Below the pieces are notes generated by a model, which saw only the letters and a program-made list of their open reading frames with translations, ran no database searches and was not told where the DNA came from. 64,000 bases of DNA from Thainema sp. (GTDB lineage: Bacteria > Cyanobacteriota > Cyanobacteriia > Phormidesmidales > Phormidesmidaceae). The position numbers and the translations under genes are program-made. Below are positions 12,045 to 20,861 of this stretch, one piece after another. The stretch spans positions 1 to 64,000 of the forward strand of contig JBQLZK010000010.1 in NCBI GenBank assembly GCA_052168235.1, read 5' to 3'. Each line of letters begins with the position of its first letter. The stretch's first letter is position 1.

Positions 12045-15000
12045 ATGCAACACTCTCAGTTTGAAAGCAAGCAGCTTCGGTCATTGACTGGTATGACCAA
12101 TCTGGAATTAGATGGCAATTGTTTGACGGCATGTTTACTTGTTCCTAAGATTGCCCAAACTAACCTTGTTTTTATAGATACGAATATAGAGGATTATGAG
12201 ATTCTCTTAACAGGCTTGTTATCAGGTTATCAAGCGTTTCTGTTAACGCCTGAACAAAATGGAGTTGAGCAGATTCACAGCATTATTTCTGAGTTCTCAA
12301 CCCTTCAAAGTATTCATATTATTTCTCATGGTAGTCCAGGATATTTGAAGCTTGGCTCAAGTTCTTTAACTTTAGAGAATTTAGATGTCTACGCTGATCT
12401 AATTAGTAGTTGGTCAAAGTTTCTTTCATCAGATGGACAGATTCTTCTTTATGGATGTCGAGTGGCAGGGGGCGATCGTGGCTCGGCCTTTATCGAAAAA
12501 CTTTACCAATCCACAGGTATCAGTGTGGCGGCCTCTAGTACCCCTATAGGCTCTGCCCAGCAGGGCGGTAACTGGGAACTGGATCGGGTGATGGGCAATG
12601 GAAATCAGCCTCTAGCCTTTTCTCCAAAAGGGATTGCGGCATACCCAGGTATTCTGGCTGCAGAAGCTTACTTCAAAGTAGATTCTCCCAAAGACTTGCT
12701 AAAAAGCAGTACCTTTGGGAGCGGGTCTTTTCAGCTTTCTAACACCTCAACCACTGGTCAAAAAATTGTCAAGATTACCATTGATGTCAGTTCAGCTATC
12801 TTTCCTGATATCGTCTTCGACCCCTTTGGCACCGCAGGAGACACAGGCAGCAAGGGCTTTACTGTCGATAGCGACTCTGGGGTTGGGCTGCTAGGGTTTG
12901 CTTACCTGAATGAACGGGATGGGGGTTACGACGTTTTAGAGCTAACGTTTAATGATTTTGCTCCGGGCAATCTATTAACGTTTTCTATAGATATGGATCC
13001 GACGAGTACCAAGGGCACCCAGGGGCCTGGACCTAACCATGCAGCTAGTGTGTCAGGGTTTGAATTGACGGGAGCCCTTATCACCATTGAGTTTGATGAT
13101 GGGACTATTCTGCAAGGACAGAACTATCGCGTTCCCGGAGATAATACGGCTTCTCAAGCCACGCTTAAATCATCTCTTCCTGCGGCTCCAACGATTGAAG
13201 TGTTGGGCGTAACTGGCAATCAAGCAGCCGTTTCAGACGCTAGTCAAACGATCCGAGTCACGGGGCCAGCCGGGGCTTCTATTGCCTTGCTACGGGTTGA
13301 AGGCGCGTTCTATGTAGATCCCACCATTGGGGCTTTTGATCCCGATCCCTTTGAAGCGAATACCGCGATCGCGGTTCAAGAAATTTTCACCACCATTGGT
13401 TCTGGGGGTTTTGTTGATATTCCCGTCACTTTAACGGAGTCGGACGCGGCAGGAGGCTTAAACCACTTTGTCGCAGTGATCCGCAATCCCGATGGAACCA
13501 CGGGCTACACCTCCTCAGTAATTGTCCTGGACTTGGCCCCTGTAGATACGGCTCCCCCCACGGCTACGCTGAGTGCCTCGGACATTACCACTGCGGGAGC
13601 GACAGAATATAGCTTCACCATCAACTATACCGATACCTCTGGTATTGATGAAGCCACCACCGATATTAATGATGTCACGGTGGTAGGCGCGACTGGAGCC
13701 CTTACTGTCACCAACGCGGTAGACAACGGCAATGGTTCGGTCACCTACACCGTTGCGGCTCCCAGTGAGGATTGGGATAGCGCCGACAATGGGACTTATA
13801 CCGTCACCCTGCAAGCAGGTCAGGTCGCCGATACTCTGGGCAACACTGTTTCTACGCAAGCCTTGGGTAGCTTTGCTGTCAACATCCCCGGTCCCGATGT
13901 TGCTCCCCCAACCGCCACGCTGAATGCCGCCGATGTGACGGTTGCTGGCGGTACTGAATATAGCTTCACCGTCAACTATGCCGATGCCTCTGGCGTTGAT
14001 GAAGCCACCACCGATATCAATGATGTGACAGTTGTCGGTGCGGCTGGAGCCTTGACTGTGACGAATGCTGTGGACAATGGCAATGGCTCGGTCACCTACA
14101 CCGTTGCTGTTCCCGGTGGCGATTGGGATGAAACGGATAACGGCACTTACACCGTCACCCTACAGGCGGGTGAAGTCGCCGATACCCTGGGCAACACCGT
14201 TTCGGAACAATCCCTGGGTAGCTTTGCCGTCAACATTACCCCACCCCCGCCCCCCGGTTCTGCTCTGCGGATTGAGGCCGAAAGTTACCTCCCTGGCACC
14301 AATGGGGTGGAGTACTTCGACAGTGCTGCTGGGAATGGAGGCAACGCCTCTCAGTTCACAGATGATGTGGATGTAGATGTGACTGATGATGTCACTGGCG
14401 ATTTCCATATCACCAAAATCAATGGTGGCGAGTACCTCACTTACAACATCAACGTCCCTGCCGCAGGGGAGTACACCCTGGTAGCGCGGGTGAAGAGTGG
14501 CAAAACTGGACGCACCATGGATGTCATCATCGGGGGGCAAACCTATAGCTTCAGCTTCGACAGTACTGGGGGGGCTTGGAGCAATATCGAGATTCCTGGA
14601 GTACTCTTGAGCGCCGGGGCTCAACCCGTGCGGGTTAACTTTACCAAGGGTGCCTTTGAGTTCAACTACCTGGAACTCCAACCCGTCGGGGAAACGCCAG
14701 ACACGGCTCCCCCCACGGCTACGCTGAGTGCCTCGGACATTACCACTGCAGGAGCGACAGAATATAGCTTCACCATCAACTATACCGATACCTCTGGTAT
14801 TGATGAAGCCACCACCGATATTAATGATGTCACGGTGGTAGGCGCGACTGGAGCCCTTACTGTCACCAACGCGGTAGACAACGGCAATGGTTCGGTCACC
14901 TACACCGTTGCGGCTCCCAGTGAGGATTGGGATAGCGCCGACAATGGGACTTATACCGTCACCCTGCAAGCAGGTCAGGTCGCCGATACTCTGGGCAACA

Positions 15001-18000
15001 CTGTTTCTACGCAAGCCTTGGGTAGCTTTGCTGTCAACATCCCCGGTCCCGATGTTGCTCCCCCAACCGCCACGCTGAATGCCGCCGATGTGACGGTTGC
15101 TGGCGGTACTGAATATAGCTTCACCGTCAACTATGCCGATGCCTCTGGCGTTGATGAAGCCACCACCGATATCAATGATGTGACAGTTGTCGGTGCGGCT
15201 GGAGCCTTGACTGTGACGAATGCTGTGGACAATGGCAATGGCTCGGTCACCTACACCGTTGCTGTTCCCGGTGGCGATTGGGATGAAACGGATAACGGCA
15301 CTTACACCGTCACCCTACAGGCGGGTGAAGTCGCCGATACCCTGGGCAACACCGTTTCGGAACAATCCCTGGGTAGCTTTGCCGTCAACATTACCCCACC
15401 CCCGCCCCCCGGTTCTGCTCTGCGGATTGAGGCCGAAAGTTACCTCCCTGGCACCAATGGGGTGGAGTACTTCGACAGTGCTGCTGGGAATGGAGGCAAC
15501 GCCTCTCAGTTCACAGATGATGTGGATGTAGATGTGACTGATGATGTCACTGGCGATTTCCATATCACCAAAATCAATGGTGGCGAGTACCTCACTTACA
15601 ACATCAACGTCCCTGCCGCAGGGGAGTACACCCTGGTAGCGCGGGTGAAGAGTGGCAAAACTGGACGCACCATGGATGTCATCATCGGGGGGCAAACCTA
15701 TAGCTTCAGCTTCGACAGTACTGGGGGGGCTTGGAGCAATATCGAGATTCCTGGAGTACTCTTGAGCGCCGGGGCTCAACCCGTGCGGGTTAACTTTACC
15801 AAGGGTGCCTTTGAGTTCAACTACCTGGAACTCCAACCCGTCGGGCCTGACGAAATTCCACCTAGTGCCACCCTGGCATCTACGTCGCTTGAGTTACCTA
15901 TAGATAGCACGGCAGCGGCACTGTTCACCATTGAGTACAGTGATAATGTTGCCATTGAGTCCACAACCTTAGATAGCCAAGATATCCAAGTCACTGATCC
16001 CAATGGCAATACTCTAACGGTCAGTTTTGTCAGTGCATCGCCTACGGGTGATGGGACGCCGCTCATTGCTACTTACGCGATCGCGGCTCCTCCAGGGGGT
16101 TGGCAATTTGCCAATACTGGCACCTATACAGTCAACCTGCTGGCTAATCAGGTGACGGATACCAACAGCAACCCCGTTTCCGCTCAAGCGTTCAACCTAG
16201 CGATCGTGGTTAACGACCCACCAATGACAGAGGGCATTCCTGATCTGGTGGTTGTAGAAGGCGCAGACAATAGCACCGTGGATTTGTTTGCCGCCTTTGA
16301 AGATGCCCAAGACCCTGACAGCAGCTTGACCTTTACAATTCTGGGTAACACTAACGCCGGACTGGTGAGCCCCAGCATTCTAGATGGAGTACTGACCCTT
16401 GACTATGCGGCTACAGGCACAGGCACAGGCACAGCCAGTATCACCGTAGAAGCAACTGATACGGATGGAGGCTCTGAAACGGCTACCTTCACAACTACGG
16501 TTGTGACTCCCCAAGCAGAGGATGGCATCATTCGCATAAATGCTGGCGGCGGCAATGTTTACGACAGTCAAGGCTACTTATTCCTGGCTGATACCTACTT
16601 TACAGGTGGGCAGGCAACCAGCGTCCCGATTACTGAGGCAGTTGCCAATACTAAATCGGATGCCCTTTACCAAACGCTGCGACAAGGGAGCAATTTCTCG
16701 TACAGCATTCCGGTTGCTAATGGCAACTACATCATCAACGCCCATATCGTGGAATGGGAGGTCACTGACTTTAATCAGCGTGTCTTCGACGTTACAGTAG
16801 AAGGCCAACCCTATTACGATGACCTCGATATCTATGGAGAGATCAAAAACGCTTTCCTGGAAGGAACCGAAACCGCCAAGGTAATTCAAGGGCCAGACAA
16901 AAACACTGTGATTGTCGCGAATGTGACCGATGGTGTGCTGGATCTTAATTTCTTGGCCAGTATCAACAATGCAGCGATTGCGGCCCTGGAAATTGCCCCG
17001 CTTGATAACCCTGGGGTGTTAATTCAACAGACTAATGGCACGACACAGGCCACAGAAGGTGCATCAGTTGATTCTTACACCGTTGTGCTGACGACTCCGC
17101 CGATTGGTGACGTCATTATCAACCTGCAATTCGACAGTAACCAGCTCACTGTTGACACCCCCAGTCTCACCTTTAACGCCAGCAACTGGAATCAACCCCA
17201 AGCCGTTGTTGTTAACCCCGTTGATGACACCTTAGTCGAAGGCCCCCATACTTCGTTTATTACCCACACGGTCAGCTCAACCGATCCGGATTACAACAAC
17301 ATCGCGATCGACAGTATCCTCGTCAACATCTTGGATAACGATACGGCTTCCGGAGACATTAGTTTCACTCAGCAACTCATTGCATCCCCGGTTAAACCCA
17401 CTTCGGCAGCCTTCGGTCCCGATGGCAAGCTGTATGTAGCATCGGTTATTGGCCTGATTACGGTTTATACCCTGAATGATGACTATTCAGTGGCCTCTAC
17501 AGAAGTCATTGATGTTATCGGTAACCTCTCTAATTCCAATATCCTGGGTATCGCTTTCAATCCCTTTGATACAGTTCCCAAAATCTATGTGGGGCACAAC
17601 CAGTTGTATGCCAACGGTGGAGGGGCTTTTTCAGCCTATGAATTTTCACCTTACAGTGGCCAAGTGTCGATTCTTGAAAAGGTCAACGGTACTTGGGAAC
17701 TGACACCACTGGTTACAGGGATTGGTGTTTCCAACCATGACCATGGGGTGAATGGATTGGAGTTTGACAACAATGGTGACCTTTACATCACCTCGGGGAG
17801 TAACACCAATGCTGGGATTGCTGATACCAATATCGGGGGGATTGATGAATCTCCCTTTACGGCAGCAATTCTGAAGGCTGAAATTACCAAACCTAATTTC
17901 AATGGCAACATTCAATACTCGCTGATCAATATTCCTGAGGATCTGATTCAACCAGTTCCCCAGTCTTTCTTAGACAGCCTGCCACCTGAGATTTTGAATC

Positions 18001-18956
18001 CGCCGAGTGACCTGCCGTTTGATCCGGCGGATAGCCAGTTCTGGGGTGGCTACGTTGATGTTGTGCCTGGGGTCGATGTCTCGATTTATGCCAGTGGCCT
18101 GCGTAACCCATACGACCTGGTGTTAACCACTGAAGGATTGTTGTATGCCACAGAAAACAATGCCAACGGCAACTTTGGCGATGAGTCCACTGGGCCTTAC
18201 ACCCAACAACCCTTTGGCAAAGAAACGCCCGAAGAACTCAACCTGATTGTCGAAGGGGCCTACTTTGGGCATCCCAACCGTAGTCGTGGTCGGCTAGATC
18301 CCCGTCAAAACATTTATTATGACGGCCCAGTTGACTTACCTGCGGAGGGATACACAGCCCCCATTGGTACCTTCAAAGGATCTACAAACGGAATTGCGGA
18401 GTATCGAGCCACCACCTTCGGTAGCCAATTGCGCGGCAATCTGCTCGCGCAAAAATGGAAGAATGAGCTGTACAGCATCAATCTTTCCCCGGATGGCACT
18501 TCGGTGACAGATATCATCAACCTAAATGATATTGCCACGGTGACAGGGGGCACGACCAATGGCCGAGTCGCCCAGGGCTTAGATGTTCTGACTGGCCCAG
18601 GGGGAGCCATTATCGGAGTGGACTACACACGCGACGAGTTAACGGTTGCGATTCCCAACGATCCCAGTGTCACTAATCCCACTGCTTATGATGTTTATCC
18701 CTGGCGAGCCCCAGTTACAGGCGGCCAGGCATTCATTATCGGGGGGGTAAATTTTGATACGGATCCAGGGGATACCAGGGTCTTTGTTGGCACCCAAGAG
18801 ATCTTTAATCTCGATATCTCAGCCACCCGGATCAGGGGTACTCTGCCCGATCTGTCCTCGCAACCGAATCAGCTGTTAGACATTACCATTGCCGATGCAA
18901 ATGGCAATGCTGTCTCTGTTATTAGTGAAGCTTTCCAACCACTGCTGGTGGTCTAA
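12045..18956 (+). CDS. Giant modular extracellular protein: DUF4347, Ig-like repeats, two CBM6-like modules, cadherin-like, malectin, Calx-beta-like, sugar-dehydrogenase-type beta-propeller, IPT/TIG
   Basis: DUF4347 motifs (LVFID, IHIISHGSPG, LLYGCRVA, GGNWELD); RIEAESY CBM6-like; IRINAGG malectin; PTSAAFGPDGKLY and YASGLRNPY of glucose/sorbosone dehydrogenase propellers. Confidence 0.8.
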   Translation: MQHSQFESKQLRSLTGMTNLELDGNCLTACLLVPKIAQTNLVFIDTNIEDYEILLTGLLSGYQAFLLTPEQNGVEQIHSIISEFSTLQSIHIISHGSPGYLKLGSSSLTLENLDVYADLISSWSKFLSSDGQILLYGCRVAGGDRGSAFIEKLYQSTGISVAASSTPIGSAQQGGNWELDRVMGNGNQPLAFSPKGIAAYPGILAAEAYFKVDSPKDLLKSSTFGSGSFQLSNTSTTGQKIVKITIDVSSAIFPDIVFDPFGTAGDTGSKGFTVDSDSGVGLLGFAYLNERDGGYDVLELTFNDFAPGNLLTFSIDMDPTSTKGTQGPGPNHAASVSGFELTGALITIEFDDGTILQGQNYRVPGDNTASQATLKSSLPAAPTIEVLGVTGNQAAVSDASQTIRVTGPAGASIALLRVEGAFYVDPTIGAFDPDPFEANTAIAVQEIFTTIGSGGFVDIPVTLTESDAAGGLNHFVAVIRNPDGTTGYTSSVIVLDLAPVDTAPPTATLSASDITTAGATEYSFTINYTDTSGIDEATTDINDVTVVGATGALTVTNAVDNGNGSVTYTVAAPSEDWDSADNGTYTVTLQAGQVADTLGNTVSTQALGSFAVNIPGPDVAPPTATLNAADVTVAGGTEYSFTVNYADASGVDEATTDINDVTVVGAAGALTVTNAVDNGNGSVTYTVAVPGGDWDETDNGTYTVTLQAGEVADTLGNTVSEQSLGSFAVNITPPPPPGSALRIEAESYLPGTNGVEYFDSAAGNGGNASQFTDDVDVDVTDDVTGDFHITKINGGEYLTYNINVPAAGEYTLVARVKSGKTGRTMDVIIGGQTYSFSFDSTGGAWSNIEIPGVLLSAGAQPVRVNFTKGAFEFNYLELQPVGETPDTAPPTATLSASDITTAGATEYSFTINYTDTSGIDEATTDINDVTVVGATGALTVTNAVDNGNGSVTYTVAAPSEDWDSADNGTYTVTLQAGQVADTLGNTVSTQALGSFAVNIPGPDVAPPTATLNAADVTVAGGTEYSFTVNYADASGVDEATTDINDVTVVGAAGALTVTNAVDNGNGSVTYTVAVPGGDWDETDNGTYTVTLQAGEVADTLGNTVSEQSLGSFAVNITPPPPPGSALRIEAESYLPGTNGVEYFDSAAGNGGNASQFTDDVDVDVTDDVTGDFHITKINGGEYLTYNINVPAAGEYTLVARVKSGKTGRTMDVIIGGQTYSFSFDSTGGAWSNIEIPGVLLSAGAQPVRVNFTKGAFEFNYLELQPVGPDEIPPSATLASTSLELPIDSTAAALFTIEYSDNVAIESTTLDSQDIQVTDPNGNTLTVSFVSASPTGDGTPLIATYAIAAPPGGWQFANTGTYTVNLLANQVTDTNSNPVSAQAFNLAIVVNDPPMTEGIPDLVVVEGADNSTVDLFAAFEDAQDPDSSLTFTILGNTNAGLVSPSILDGVLTLDYAATGTGTGTASITVEATDTDGGSETATFTTTVVTPQAEDGIIRINAGGGNVYDSQGYLFLADTYFTGGQATSVPITEAVANTKSDALYQTLRQGSNFSYSIPVANGNYIINAHIVEWEVTDFNQRVFDVTVEGQPYYDDLDIYGEIKNAFLEGTETAKVIQGPDKNTVIVANVTDGVLDLNFLASINNAAIAALEIAPLDNPGVLIQQTNGTTQATEGASVDSYTVVLTTPPIGDVIINLQFDSNQLTVDTPSLTFNASNWNQPQAVVVNPVDDTLVEGPHTSFITHTVSSTDPDYNNIAIDSILVNILDNDTASGDISFTQQLIASPVKPTSAAFGPDGKLYVASVIGLITVYTLNDDYSVASTEVIDVIGNLSNSNILGIAFNPFDTVPKIYVGHNQLYANGGGAFSAYEFSPYSGQVSILEKVNGTWELTPLVTGIGVSNHDHGVNGLEFDNNGDLYITSGSNTNAGIADTNIGGIDESPFTAAILKAEITKPNFNGNIQYSLINIPEDLIQPVPQSFLDSLPPEILNPPSDLPFDPADSQFWGGYVDVVPGVDVSIYASGLRNPYDLVLTTEGLLYATENNANGNFGDESTGPYTQQPFGKETPEELNLIVEGAYFGHPNRSRGRLDPRQNIYYDGPVDLPAEGYTAPIGTFKGSTNGIAEYRATTFGSQLRGNLLAQKWKNELYSINLSPDGTSVTDIINLNDIATVTGGTTNGRVAQGLDVLTGPGGAIIGVDYTRDELTVAIPNDPSVTNPTAYDVYPWRAPVTGGQAFIIGGVNFDTDPGDTRVFVGTQEIFNLDISATRIRGTLPDLSSQPNQLLDITIADANGNAVSVISEAFQPLLVV
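13548..15845 (+). repeat. Near-identical intragenic tandem duplication, period 1155 bp (13548-14690 and 14703-15845)
   Basis: Protein repeats are identical and shadow ORFs recur at +1155; the one internal difference I found is 13595 G vs 14750 A (synonymous). Confidence 0.95.
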
Positions 18957-19061
18957 GTCGTAGCTCTAAACCATCTCCTAGGTCGATGGGATTCGGAAAT
19001 CAAGCCTAAATTAACCTCAGCGTAAGAGATGCAGCCTTGACAAGCTGAATAGTCCTGATTG

Positions 19062-19094
19062 AAGAGACGCGATCCTACTTGCGTCTCTTTGTTT
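19062..19094 (+). terminator. Probable intrinsic terminator after the giant gene
   Basis: AAGAGACGC / GCGTCTCTT stem followed by TGTTT. Confidence 0.55.
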
Positions 19095-19726
19095 GGGCCA
19101 GATGATCAACGATCGCTCTCCCTAAAATTGAGCAGCACCTTTCCAAATGCTTAAAATTGAAGCGAATAAACAATGCCAACTTATTATCCAAGCCAAGGTT
19201 TTGAGCGTTCATTCAAAAAACATTTGTGTTTCGCAGACAGGTATCTAACAGACAACCTTAGTTCTCTATAGGGTGACTTCATGAACCATTAATCATGCAG
19301 ATATTTGTTAGCTTCTCCCAAAAGCCAAACTTGCGTTTCTACATTGCAACCATGAATACTATTTATTTGAGTTTATCTATTCATCTAGAAATTCAACGAC
19401 TAAATAGCGGCAACGAACTTAGGATCGCAAGGTTTATTTTAAGAGAATGAAGCAGGAACTATTTAGAGGCTAATTTCTATTTTTCACCTGAGTGTCAATC
19501 TTTCTTCAAGCTTGCAAAATAGATAACTAATCTTAGTAGAATCGAGTATAAACTTAAGTGGTATAGGTTTTCAAATAGAGATTAAGTGCATATTGAAAGT
19601 AAGCCTGAGCAGCCTACTTCCAATCTAGCTGTAAAAACCACCGAATCTTCTAACTGATGATCGTAGGTTTACCCCTAAGGCTAAATGCACACAAAGGCCT
19701 AAATTAAAAAAAATCGAGGTTGTGCC

Positions 19727-20707
19727 ATGAAAGCAAGTAAGATTGTACAAAAGGCTACAAAAAGAGTTTTAAGAGTGCCTCTAGCTTCCTTGAATTACCA
19801 CTTAGGCAACTATGAAGATGTGATTTGGGTAGTAGGAGACGGCAGAAGTGGTACAACTTGGCTGGCAGACCTAATTAACTGGCATGGTCGTTACCGTGAA
19901 CTCTTTGAACCCTTCCACCCTGAAATTGTTCAAAATGCAAAACACTTTAATTTTTTTGAGTATCTGAGACCCGAACAACGTAATTCTGATGTTGCTGATT
20001 TTTTGAATTTGGTTTTTTCTGGAAAGTTCAAGAATTTCCGAGCAGACGTCAGTCAGCTTCGCTGGTTTTATGAGGGATTGCTAGTTAAGGATATTTTCGC
20101 CAACCTTTTGCTGCCGTGGGTTAATCAGAACCTCCCTTCTGTTAAAAAAGTTTTAGTTGTCAGGAATCCTTTTGCAACTGCTGTATCTAAGCAAAAGAAA
20201 AAGGGATGGACCTGGATGGAAGATCCCCAGGACTTTCTCAAGCAAAAAGAGCTCTATGAAGATTATCTTGCTCCGTTTGAAAATGTAATCTATGCTACCG
20301 GGGAAGACTTTATTGAAAAGCAGGTCTTAATTTGGGCAATCATTCACTATATTCCTCTACACTCTCTTAAGAAGAATGATGCTTATATTCTCTTTTATGA
20401 AGATCTTGTGAATGATCCAGAAAAAGAGATTGAAAAGCTCTTTAGATACTTGTATGGAGAAAGCAAATTCTTGTATATTGATAATGCTTCCCTGAAAAAC
20501 AAACTCTTGAGCAAAGCTGCAAAACCATCACGAACTTCTCGAAAGAAGAATGGTCAAAAAACTATTGAAAACTCGCTAGACTCTTGGAAAGCTGAATTAT
20601 CTACCAGGCAAATAGAACAAGGAATCAAAATTTTGAGTCGCTTTGGCTTAGACAAGCTTTATGGAGTTGATTCAGTTCCAAGCAAGGATGCACTGCTAGC
20701 TATGTAG
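19727..20707 (+). CDS. Sulfotransferase (PAPS-dependent)
   Basis: 5'-PSB loop VVGDGRSGTTWL; FEPF; 3'-PB motif VRNPFATAVS; FYEDLV. Confidence 0.85.
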   Translation: MKASKIVQKATKRVLRVPLASLNYHLGNYEDVIWVVGDGRSGTTWLADLINWHGRYRELFEPFHPEIVQNAKHFNFFEYLRPEQRNSDVADFLNLVFSGKFKNFRADVSQLRWFYEGLLVKDIFANLLLPWVNQNLPSVKKVLVVRNPFATAVSKQKKKGWTWMEDPQDFLKQKELYEDYLAPFENVIYATGEDFIEKQVLIWAIIHYIPLHSLKKNDAYILFYEDLVNDPEKEIEKLFRYLYGESKFLYIDNASLKNKLLSKAAKPSRTSRKKNGQKTIENSLDSWKAELSTRQIEQGIKILSRFGLDKLYGVDSVPSKDALLAM

Positions 20708-20861
20708 ACTAAAGTTCACAGTGAACTTCGTGGTAAAAATCAAGAAATATTTGATCACTTAAATATCTCTTAGCTTGTCAAGTCTAGAAAGCTTTATTCT
20801 AAGACTTATTCGTCTGCTGGTTAAGGTGTTGCATAAACGCCTACTTTTATGGATGGAATAT

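Noticed and set aside
13515..15836. Several long overlapping ORFs (up to 284 aa) within the giant gene
   Set aside because: Alternate-frame or antisense shadows that recur only because of the 1155-bp duplication
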